From Candidatus Gottesmanbacteria bacterium UBA6580 (GTDB lineage Bacteria > Patescibacteriota > Microgenomatia > UBA10105 > UBA927): a DNA stretch of 64,000 nt. The notes under the pieces were generated by a model, which saw nothing but the letters and a program-made list of their open reading frames with translations, made no database searches and had not been told where the DNA came from. Position 1 is the stretch's first letter. Each line of letters begins with the position of its first letter. Made by a program: the position numbers and the translations under genes. Shown piece by piece: positions 18,022-26,349 of this stretch. Where the stretch lies: assembly GCA_002433895.1 (NCBI GenBank), contig DJJA01000003.1, forward strand, positions 175,788-239,787. The letters are read 5' to 3'.

Positions 18022-19251
18022 TTAGTTATTAAATGTTTTAGCTAAAACTGCTTGGGTTAGTTTTGATACCTTTGCTTCCGCGGCCTCAATTTGCTTTTCA
18101 ACTTTATCTGCAAGCTCAAAATAGCTTTTTACCCTTTTTACTATTTCCTTCTGTTCTTCCAGAATTGGAATTTCAATGGGCAAGTTTCTCAAATCCTCCA
18201 AGTTTATCCCTGTATATGCAACTCCCTTCTGTACGTTTGCTAGCCAATATTGTGAAACAGTTGACCCAATATAATATGCGATAAAATCTGGGAAAACTTT
18301 GCTTTTATCTACTGGGACTACTGCTACCTCGCGGGAAACGTTCCATCCCTTCATTTCAGTTGGGACAGCCACGACACCACCTAGCGTTCCACGCACGTTA
18401 ACCAATACCTCACCGCCCATTAGTATCGTCCTTGAGTAACTTGACGATAAAGTAGGTGAAATTCGTTTTAGTCCATTTAATTCAAAATTCAACCATCGGA
18501 CATTACTTGTTCTAAGACACGGAGTCCCATCTTCAATATGTTCTCCCAACTTAATCACACCATAACTTATACCTTTACCTTTTTCGCATAATTCACCCAA
18601 TGCTTTATTTGCCCATACACTATTTAAGTCTTTTATCGTTGACAGCTGTTTCTTCCGCCAATCCTCGGTAAGTTTTCCGGTAATCGCCGCAGTTAAAATT
18701 GCTTGACGAAAATTATTGAGCTGATTTTTAGCACTAGTTAACTTACTAGCAGTTTTATGGATTGAAATAATTTGGTTATTCAGTAAATCGGCAATTTTAT
18801 TTTGAGTTGTTACATCTGGCAACTTTATTGGGATTGTTTTCATTGCAGATTGTGTTAGTTTCAATCTGGTTGTACCTGCAACATAGTCACTAAAATCAAA
18901 ATAATCCAAGTAGTATTTAATAAACCGATTATTTGAAATATCTTTTCTTGCCCTTAAAACGTGTGCGTGATTATTTACCCAACTTTTGCCGTTGATTATG
19001 TACGCGATTGGCTTGGATTTATCCAAAAAGGGGGCGCCATCTTCGCCCAGAAGCACCAATTCCTCATCAAAAATATAATCGTTAATCCAACCTACCTGAC
19101 CTGTTGCTCCATAATAGGGTACCTCACCAATTCTTTTACTTCTGTCATTTGAGTTAATTGGCACCCTTTGGCCATCTAAAATATCAACACAATCTTTAAG
19201 TTGGTATTCCTTCCAACCATTGTTATTTAGTACCGTCTGTGAATTCTGCAT
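18022..19251 (-). CDS. hsdS: Type I R-M specificity subunit
   Basis: Two TRDs each followed by conserved helices (LPDVTTQNKIA; IPILEEQKEIV...QAVLAKTF). Confidence 0.93.
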   Translation of the reverse strand: MQNSQTVLNNNGWKEYQLKDCVDILDGQRVPINSNDRSKRIGEVPYYGATGQVGWINDYIFDEELVLLGEDGAPFLDKSKPIAYIINGKSWVNNHAHVLRARKDISNNRFIKYYLDYFDFSDYVAGTTRLKLTQSAMKTIPIKLPDVTTQNKIADLLNNQIISIHKTASKLTSAKNQLNNFRQAILTAAITGKLTEDWRKKQLSTIKDLNSVWANKALGELCEKGKGISYGVIKLGEHIEDGTPCLRTSNVRWLNFELNGLKRISPTLSSSYSRTILMGGEVLVNVRGTLGGVVAVPTEMKGWNVSREVAVVPVDKSKVFPDFIAYYIGSTVSQYWLANVQKGVAYTGINLEDLRNLPIEIPILEEQKEIVKRVKSYFELADKVEKQIEAAEAKVSKLTQAVLAKTFNN

Positions 19252-20644
19252 ATATTTTTTCCAAGCTATGTGTAGCTTCCTTTAGTTCAGACAGTACGCT
19301 TTTAATAAGTTCTTCAGGTTTGCCAATATCATCACCATTTTCAATATCTTCGTCTTTAATCCACTTAAAACCATCCAACTTGTAATGCTTTTCTTTAACC
19401 TGAGCGATGGTAAACATTTTCCAACGATTTTCTTTGGAGTCAGCTTCTTTACGCGGTGATTGACCATTAGGATTGTCGCCGTAACACTTTTCAAACCCCT
19501 CAAAATGTTTGTGGGTTAGCGGCCTATCTTTAACCGTTATTCCCGGTACATTAGTGCGCGCATCATAAATCCACACGTTTTCCGTGGGTATTCCTTTGGT
19601 AAAAAACACTACGTTGGCTTTAACACCTTGGCTATAAGGGGTAAACGTACCGTTAGGTAAACGTAAAATTGTGTGCAGGTTGCAATCCTGCATCAAAATC
19701 TTAAACACTTCTGCCGCTTGGTCGCCGAAAAGCACGTTGTCGGGCAGTACAACCGCCGCACGGCCTCCCGGTTTAAGGATGGTAAGGATATGTTGCGCGA
19801 AGTTTAGCTGTTTATTGCTTGTTGCAACGGTAAAGTCCTGCCGCTCCGGTACTTGGTTAGCCCCCTTAGTGCCAAATGGCGGGTTTGTCAGTACCACATC
19901 GTACCTGTCACCGCGGTCAGGCTCATAAATGCTGTCGCCTAATCGTATGTTGGAAATAATACCGTGCAGGTATAGGTTCATTAACGCTAACCTGCGTGGC
20001 CTTGCTACTAGCTCCGTGCCATAATAAGTTTTTTCCCTTATACGCTTAATGTCTTCGCGGTTAATTGCACCTTTGCTTTGGTGCATTAACCACTCATAGG
20101 CGCTTAACAAAAATCCACCTGTACCTGCGGCTGGGTCACATATCGTAAAGTCTTTTATTTCCCTTGGGTCGGGTTTCATTACATTGACTATTGCTTGGAT
20201 TAGGACACGGGGAGTGAAGTATTGCCCTGCGCCCTTTTTACCCTCGGCGGCTGATTTTTCTAGTAAACCCTCGTAGGCTTGGGCTTTAACATCAATGTTT
20301 AACCCCGACCAATCAATTTCATCAATAAGGTCAATCAAACGTTTAAGGTTTACTGGTTTGGTGAACTTAGATAGCGCTTCAACAAAAATCGCCCCAAGTA
20401 AACCTTCTTGTCGTGCTAAACCACGCAATAGCTCACTATAAAAATCAATTAACTCAGTGCCAGATTTGGATTTAAGCACTTCCCACGAGTACTTCTTAGG
20501 TATGTCTGCACCCTTTTCCTCCGCCATTTTCAAAAAAAGCAAATAGGTAAGTTGTTCCACATAGTCACCATAATCCATACCGTCGTGCCGGAGTACGTGG
20601 CAGTAACCCCATAATTTGTTAACAATGTTTGTATTAGTTTGCAT
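19223..20644 (-). CDS. hsdM: Type I R-M N6-adenine methyltransferase
   Basis: GQYFTPR, ICDPAAGTGGFL, LTNPPFG. Confidence 0.96.
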   Translation of the reverse strand: MQTNTNIVNKLWGYCHVLRHDGMDYGDYVEQLTYLLFLKMAEEKGADIPKKYSWEVLKSKSGTELIDFYSELLRGLARQEGLLGAIFVEALSKFTKPVNLKRLIDLIDEIDWSGLNIDVKAQAYEGLLEKSAAEGKKGAGQYFTPRVLIQAIVNVMKPDPREIKDFTICDPAAGTGGFLLSAYEWLMHQSKGAINREDIKRIREKTYYGTELVARPRRLALMNLYLHGIISNIRLGDSIYEPDRGDRYDVVLTNPPFGTKGANQVPERQDFTVATSNKQLNFAQHILTILKPGGRAAVVLPDNVLFGDQAAEVFKILMQDCNLHTILRLPNGTFTPYSQGVKANVVFFTKGIPTENVWIYDARTNVPGITVKDRPLTHKHFEGFEKCYGDNPNGQSPRKEADSKENRWKMFTIAQVKEKHYKLDGFKWIKDEDIENGDDIGKPEELIKSVLSELKEATHSLEKIYAEFTDGTK

Positions 20645-23336
20645 AGGCGTATACCTGTGGCATCGTCGTATTTAATTGGGTAATAAATGGCAACAATCTG
20701 TCGTCAAAATCCGCGTTAATACGCTTAAAACTTCCACCTAAATCTGTAAATATCGGCATTTCATCAAAGTCCTCCTTATCAATGGTTAAGTTTTCAGCCA
20801 AATGTAGTTTTATAAGCTCAATCCATTGTTCCTGTTTTTCATTTAACTTTTGTTTTCCAATAACCTTTTCAACCGCAAGGTCAACCCGTTCTTTGGCTGA
20901 CAATAACGGCTCGTCTTTGGCGGCGTGTTTGACCATTGAAATAATGTCTGCCAAGGGGTATTTATAAGCACGGCGCAAGTTGTCTTCAGTAAATCGCTCA
21001 GGTTGTTTGGATAGTGAGGTGCGCAATTCTGTTAAGGCTTTGGTATTCCACCCTTGGGGCTTACTTAACACAATGCTTATCGCCTCAATATGCTCGGGGT
21101 TATCTTTTACAAACCGCTCAAACTGTTTTAGGTAATCCTCAGGCTTTAGTTCGCGCCCGTCGGTGGTCCTAAAGACAAACTCGGATGTAACTGTGTCTTC
21201 CTGCTCAATCGCCCTTATAAAGCGTTTAGGCGGCCTTGGGTAGTTTTTAAGTAGGTCAATAAAGTTCGGGTCTGTCAGCGTCTTTAATGTGCCAACCCTA
21301 TCCTCACTCAACATATCCGGCAACTTTTTGGCAAACGCGCTTACATCCCCATCGGGTATAAAGTTGGCAAACATTTCCCGCCCTTCAGCGGTGGTATTTT
21401 TAGCAATGCGTTGCAGTCGTTTTACCAAACAGCGTGTGTTGTACTCAACCTCAATGTTGTCGTTTATAGCTTTTATAATTTCTTCAATACTTCTTGTTGG
21501 GTTGGTTGGTGTTACTTGGGTTATACCAGTGCTATTCTTAAATGCCTCAAGCAATGTTCCATCAAAACAATCAAACACGGTAAAGTGTGTTTTTGGCGGT
21601 GTTCCTAAACCGTTAGGGAAGTTTGTGCAAAGACGTGTACCGCGCCCAAGCATTTGCTCAAATAAGATACGGGACTTAACCGGCCGTAAAAACACGATGT
21701 TTTCAATTGAGGGTACATCAATACCGGTTGATAACATATCAACGGTAACTGCAATATGCGGTTCAGGTCTATTCCTAAACTCCTTTATGCGGGTTAATGG
21801 CCTATCCACGGTTGGTGAACCGGTAATTTTCTGTACAAAGGCATCCCCTCGGCCAAATGTATCGCGGCAAATATCAACTAACTGGTCGGCGTGTGAAGTA
21901 TGAGCTAAATCGTTATCAGCAAATATAAGCGTTTTGGGAAACCGGCCAAACTCCTTTTCCTGTTCCAAGGCATACTTAGCAAACTCCTGTATGATTTTGC
22001 GGTTGCTGTCTGGTGCTGTAATATCCCGTTCAACGTCAGCCACATCAAAATGTCGTTCGTCCTCCAATAAATCAAGTTGTTGTGCGCCGGTTTGTGTATC
22101 AACCTGTTCAACTTCCTCGCCTTCTTTTAGGGTAATGCCTTGTATGCGTACACCTGATGCTATCTTTACCGCGTCATAATCAACCAAATATCCATCTTGC
22201 ACAGCCCGCTCATAAGTGTAGCGGTATGCAATTTCCTTAAAGTAACTGGTGGTGTGGGCGGCAGGTGTAGCAGTTAAGCCTATCTTTGTGGCGTCAAAGT
22301 GGTCCAATACTCCGCGCCATTTACTTACTTCGTGGCTTGTATAACCCCTGTGGCACTCATCAGCAATAATCGTGTCAAACGCGTTAATCGGCATTTCAAT
22401 TTTGTCTGCATCATCATCTGGGTCGTAGTCGCCGCTATAACTAAACATACCCTCACGGCCATACAGGTTTATTTGCATCCGTTGGATGGTTGAAATATAC
22501 ACAAACACTTGGTTACCGTCAGGGTCAGTTAAATAGCCTGTGGGAATGACATTAAAATCAACCTTTTCATTGGCCTCAAAATCGTCTACCTTAAAACGTT
22601 GGCTATACACTTGGTAAATCTGGTTAAACTTTAGGCCGTTTTCGGCTTCATACGCGGCAAACTCCATTACTGCTTGGGCGGCAAGGGCTTTTCTGTCAAC
22701 CAAAAACAAAACGCGCTTACTAACACCGGACTTTAGCAGGCGGTAAACTAACGAGGCAATTGTGTAGGTTTTACCCGTACCGGTTGCCATAGCAATCAGC
22801 ATTGACCGTTTATTTTCAGTAATGTTTTTTTCAATCGCTGTTATAGCCTCACGTTGGTAGTGGCGGAGCTTACTATTGTTCGGTGGATTGGCAGTAAACC
22901 AACGTGCGTTACTTTGCGTGTCGCTAGTTAGGTACTCAATTAACGCTTTAGGCGTATGGAACTCCTGTACTTGGCGTGAGCGGCTTGGGGTAATGCGCAA
23001 ATCCTCATACCAAATAACTTCACCATTAGTGGAGTAAATAAACGGGACTGTTAAACCTTGTTGTTGTGCACCTTTAACATAACGATGGGCTTGCTGTAAG
23101 ACGTTTTGCGGACCAAGGCTTATCTTTTTTGCCTCAACAAACGCAATTAACTTACCATTTGCAAATAAGGCATAATCCGCCGGTCCGGTAGTGGTCATAT
23201 ATTCGGTAACCGCTACCTTATGCAAGGTTGAAGTATCCATCCCCTCCTTATAGGGGATTATCTTATCCCAACCAGCCTTTTTTAATTTATCGTCAATCCA
23301 CTTTTTACGAGTGGCTTGCTCGTCAATAATATCCAT
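20634..23336 (-). CDS. hsdR: Type I R-M restriction subunit
   Basis: ADYAL...VEAKK nuclease motif, MATGTGKT, DECHR, LTATP, QMLGRGTR. Confidence 0.96.
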   Translation of the reverse strand: MDIIDEQATRKKWIDDKLKKAGWDKIIPYKEGMDTSTLHKVAVTEYMTTTGPADYALFANGKLIAFVEAKKISLGPQNVLQQAHRYVKGAQQQGLTVPFIYSTNGEVIWYEDLRITPSRSRQVQEFHTPKALIEYLTSDTQSNARWFTANPPNNSKLRHYQREAITAIEKNITENKRSMLIAMATGTGKTYTIASLVYRLLKSGVSKRVLFLVDRKALAAQAVMEFAAYEAENGLKFNQIYQVYSQRFKVDDFEANEKVDFNVIPTGYLTDPDGNQVFVYISTIQRMQINLYGREGMFSYSGDYDPDDDADKIEMPINAFDTIIADECHRGYTSHEVSKWRGVLDHFDATKIGLTATPAAHTTSYFKEIAYRYTYERAVQDGYLVDYDAVKIASGVRIQGITLKEGEEVEQVDTQTGAQQLDLLEDERHFDVADVERDITAPDSNRKIIQEFAKYALEQEKEFGRFPKTLIFADNDLAHTSHADQLVDICRDTFGRGDAFVQKITGSPTVDRPLTRIKEFRNRPEPHIAVTVDMLSTGIDVPSIENIVFLRPVKSRILFEQMLGRGTRLCTNFPNGLGTPPKTHFTVFDCFDGTLLEAFKNSTGITQVTPTNPTRSIEEIIKAINDNIEVEYNTRCLVKRLQRIAKNTTAEGREMFANFIPDGDVSAFAKKLPDMLSEDRVGTLKTLTDPNFIDLLKNYPRPPKRFIRAIEQEDTVTSEFVFRTTDGRELKPEDYLKQFERFVKDNPEHIEAISIVLSKPQGWNTKALTELRTSLSKQPERFTEDNLRRAYKYPLADIISMVKHAAKDEPLLSAKERVDLAVEKVIGKQKLNEKQEQWIELIKLHLAENLTIDKEDFDEMPIFTDLGGSFKRINADFDDRLLPFITQLNTTMPQVYAYAN

Positions 23337-23350
23337 ACTTATTTTTATCT

Positions 23351-23548
23351 TTACTTTTTATTCTTATTTTCCTCAATGTAACGCTCAATGTCTTCCAATT
23401 TATAGCGCCTATCACCGACACCCCTGCGTGAACCAATACGGATGGAGGGCAATCGTCCTTCATTATCCCAGCGCCTTAATGTTTCGGGGTTTACGCCTAA
23501 AATATCAGCGGCTTGTTTAATTCTTAGTAGTTTAACGACCGGTTTCAT
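23351..23548 (-). CDS. MerR/excisionase-like HTH protein
   Basis: LLRIKQAADILGVNPETLRRWDNEG.L...GDRRY. Confidence 0.85.
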   Translation of the reverse strand: MKPVVKLLRIKQAADILGVNPETLRRWDNEGRLPSIRIGSRRGVGDRRYKLEDIERYIEENKNKK

Positions 23549-23629
23549 AACTTACACATAATTATACATCGTCAGGCTTGTTTTTGCTCCTCCAAAATTC
23601 ACTTTTACTCCAGTAGACTGTCCTTCACT

Positions 23630-23827
23630 ATGAACTACAGGGATTTGATGGCGGAAGCACGGGCGATACATTTTGCTATGCACCACGGTAGCATTACCTA
23701 TGAGGAAGCACAGGTAAAAGTTAAGCCGGTTTTGGAAATACTAAATAGGAAGAATGCCAAGATAGCGAAAAGACACGGAGTAACCCCACGGAAGTTTACA
23801 TTCCAAAGCCTAGGACGAACTTTTTAG
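23630..23827 (+). CDS. Hypothetical small basic protein
   Basis: 65-aa ORF with plausible composition, convergent with the XRE gene. Confidence 0.5.
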   Translation: MNYRDLMAEARAIHFAMHHGSITYEEAQVKVKPVLEILNRKNAKIAKRHGVTPRKFTFQSLGRTF

Positions 23828-24036
23828 AAAAACGTACTTAGGGATGTTTTTAATGCTTTGGCAATTTTTTCCAGCACCTCAAGGGATGGTGTGTACCTGC
23901 CTTGCTCAATATACCCCATATAAACACGACTGACATTAACTTTATCGGCTAAATCATTTTGGGTTAATCCGCACACCTTCCGCCTTTTTTGGATTTTTTT
24001 ACCTAGCACTTTTGGCAATCTGGCATTTTTCCGCAT
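23824..24036 (-). CDS. XRE-family HTH transcriptional regulator
   Basis: LGKKIQKRR...LTQNDLADKVNVSRVYMGYIEQG...PSLEVLEKIAKAL; ATG 24036 chosen as start. Confidence 0.88.
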   Translation of the reverse strand: MRKNARLPKVLGKKIQKRRKVCGLTQNDLADKVNVSRVYMGYIEQGRYTPSLEVLEKIAKALKTSLSTFF

Positions 24037-24114
24037 ATTGTAATTGTGGAAAACGCATCGTCCATAATCCACTAAGCCAGACTAAGCATTTAGCCTTAAA
24101 AAGGGCTTGTTTTT

Positions 24115-24135
24115 ATGCTAAGCATCATTTAGCAT
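24115..24135. promoter_or_regulatory. Putative XRE operator
   Basis: Perfect ATGCTAA-N7-TTAGCAT palindrome between divergent genes; related CTAAGC half-sites at 24072 and 24082. Confidence 0.5.
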
Positions 24136-24162
24136 TATCTTATTGAGGCAAGGAGGTGAAAT

Positions 24163-24450
24163 ATGGACGTATTACTTAAAACAAGGTGTACCAAAGGCCA
24201 CTTAATCGTTTACGCAGATAAGGTTGCAATTGAAGCGCTTAAGCTACTTGGTTATCAACAATCAAACGCACTCGCCTACAAACAGATTACGGGAGTGGAA
24301 GTAAAAATGACCCAACCGGACATACTCGGCTTAGGACAAGCTACGGTAACTATCCATAGCGCTGGTGGCCAAACACTTATAGCTGACAGGGTAAAACTTA
24401 AGGATGCTAAGGAAGTTGAAAAACTAATCCAGGAACGAATTGCCAAATAA
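24163..24450 (+). CDS. Hypothetical protein (bacterial PH-like beta fold by pattern)
   Basis: Strong SD AAGGAGGTG; AYKQITGVEV...GQATVTI. Confidence 0.6.
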   Translation: MDVLLKTRCTKGHLIVYADKVAIEALKLLGYQQSNALAYKQITGVEVKMTQPDILGLGQATVTIHSAGGQTLIADRVKLKDAKEVEKLIQERIAK

Positions 24451-24525
24451 TAGTGCGTAAATAAGCTCCATTCAATCGTATTCTTCGTCCGTTTTTCTTA
24501 TAATTGTCTTAATAAGGATAAAAAT

Positions 24526-25317
24526 ATGGATAAAAATGACCCTATCATTAGGGCGGAACTTGAGGAAATAAAAAATTGGCTAATAAAAAGTAGCGAGGTT
24601 GAAGTGGATGAAAAACAGGAATTGGTTGTTTCCATCGTTGCTTTAATTACAAACAAGCGGTTTCAACAAAACATACGACAATTACGGAAAAAATACCAAA
24701 TACCAAAGACTTGGTATACGACTGAAAAACAAAATGATTTATATGCTGAATACTTAAAACACTGCAAGGCACACCCCGACGCACCTACGATGCCGTACGA
24801 TGAACCAATTGTGAACCTGTGTAAAAGAATAGGCGTAGACGTAAAAAAGTACTCCGATTTTGTATTGGGCTATTTATACTACGGCTACGTTTTACCGCTT
24901 AAACCCGACCAAGTTGATTGGTATCAGCCGCTTTTTACAAAGGACGAGCATCGTTACAAAGCAAATATTGAGTTAGATTATGGGGACAGCACTGAGGAAA
25001 AGGAAGAAATGGAAATTAAAAAAGGCTATATACGATTTTACGGCGACACTACCCCCAATCAACTTACCCGCTTCATTAAGGATAATTGGCGGGGCATACA
25101 AGCTATCCAGTCACAACTTAAACCTTATCAGCACACGAAAAAACATAGTCAATTTAGGCGTGACATACTTATATATTTATTTCATTTGTTTGGGAATAAA
25201 TCGCCTGAAATAATGGATAAGATAGTCACAGACGAATTGAATTATCCCCTAGATTATGTTGAGGTACGGCAAATAATAAGTGATTTGAAAAATCGGATAA
25301 ACAAAATCCTTCCATAG
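24526..25317 (+). CDS. Hypothetical protein
   Basis: 263-aa ORF, possible C-terminal HTH. Confidence 0.65.
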   Translation: MDKNDPIIRAELEEIKNWLIKSSEVEVDEKQELVVSIVALITNKRFQQNIRQLRKKYQIPKTWYTTEKQNDLYAEYLKHCKAHPDAPTMPYDEPIVNLCKRIGVDVKKYSDFVLGYLYYGYVLPLKPDQVDWYQPLFTKDEHRYKANIELDYGDSTEEKEEMEIKKGYIRFYGDTTPNQLTRFIKDNWRGIQAIQSQLKPYQHTKKHSQFRRDILIYLFHLFGNKSPEIMDKIVTDELNYPLDYVEVRQIISDLKNRINKILP

Positions 25318-25397
25318 CTTCAGGTGTGAGTAAAACTCGTTAGGTTTTTCTTTATATTTTCCCCTCCATAAATCCGATACTGATGGTGTAAATCAGT

Positions 25398-25550
25398 ATG
25401 GATAAACAGATAAACATCACCAATAAAGATAACAACATAACGCAAGCCGCAGAACAGTGGTTTAACCTTGCCCTAATGTTGATAAAGATTAAACGCCAAC
25501 AAAAGATGGCGCAATTAAAGATAAAGAATAACGACTATGAGCACAGATAA
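25398..25550 (+). CDS. Small hypothetical protein (50 aa)
   Basis: Manual translation MDKQINITNKDNNITQAAEQWFNLALMLIKIKRQQK...; overlaps the next start. Confidence 0.4.
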   Translation: MDKQINITNKDNNITQAAEQWFNLALMLIKIKRQQKMAQLKIKNNDYEHR

Positions 25551-25776
25551 AACTTTTCAAACTGATAACTTCTTATTAGCTACTTTCCTACTTAGTCAGT
25601 CGTGCAACCTCATTTCCATTGACCGCAGTAATGTTCGCCGTATGGTGTTTGCGTTTGAAAATAACTCCCGCCGAAAAACTTTAACTGAAGATTTTATGGC
25701 TTATAAAAGCGCCATTGAGCCACATAGGTTCTTTAGTGCACAGAAGGATTTACGCGCACTAATCCACCAAAGATAG
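25537..25776 (+). CDS. DUF5659-like small protein
   Basis: FQTDNFLLATFLL...LISID...RMVFAFE...EPHRFFSAQKDLRALI. Confidence 0.65.
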   Translation: MSTDKTFQTDNFLLATFLLSQSCNLISIDRSNVRRMVFAFENNSRRKTLTEDFMAYKSAIEPHRFFSAQKDLRALIHQR

Positions 25777-25810
25777 GTTCAATCCAGTTGAATTAAAGAT
25801 AAAGATAAAA

Positions 25811-26242
25811 ATGAAAAATTACACGAAGATACCAAATGAAATATTAACTCAATCGCAACTTACCATACCAGCTAGGTACTTATACTGCGCATTGCTAAAG
25901 TATTGTGGCAATGACGATAAGTGTTTTCCAAGTCAGCAGACTTTAGGAAAAGACCTTGGAAGGACACCGCGATACGTTAGGGAATTACTAGGGGAACTTA
26001 TAAGCGCCGGTTTGGTTTATAAAAAAAGGCTGGGTTACAACAGGGCAAATACTTATACGGTATCCAAAGACTTAAAGACATACTGGAACCACGGTTCCTA
26101 TCATATCGGTACAGTATTTCCCCTCCATCAAGGAAATACAGTGCCAGATAAAAGTACTTATATAAAAGGAAAAGGTAAAAGGAGTATTAAGGGTTTGGAA
26201 AAAATGCGAAAAGCGTTAATTGAACAAAGGATTATTAAATAG
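25811..26242 (+). CDS. Winged-HTH phage-type replication initiator-like protein
   Basis: YTKIPNEIL...LYCALLKY...CFPSQQTLGKDLG...LGELISAGLV...NTY. Confidence 0.75.
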   Translation: MKNYTKIPNEILTQSQLTIPARYLYCALLKYCGNDDKCFPSQQTLGKDLGRTPRYVRELLGELISAGLVYKKRLGYNRANTYTVSKDLKTYWNHGSYHIGTVFPLHQGNTVPDKSTYIKGKGKRSIKGLEKMRKALIEQRIIK

Positions 26243-26349
26243 GAGTTTACTTTTTATAAACGACTATTTACTATTGAATAATTAAGTATAATTAAATGTA
26301 ATACTATGAGGCAAGATATAAATTATAAATTATCCAACAAGGAGGAAAT

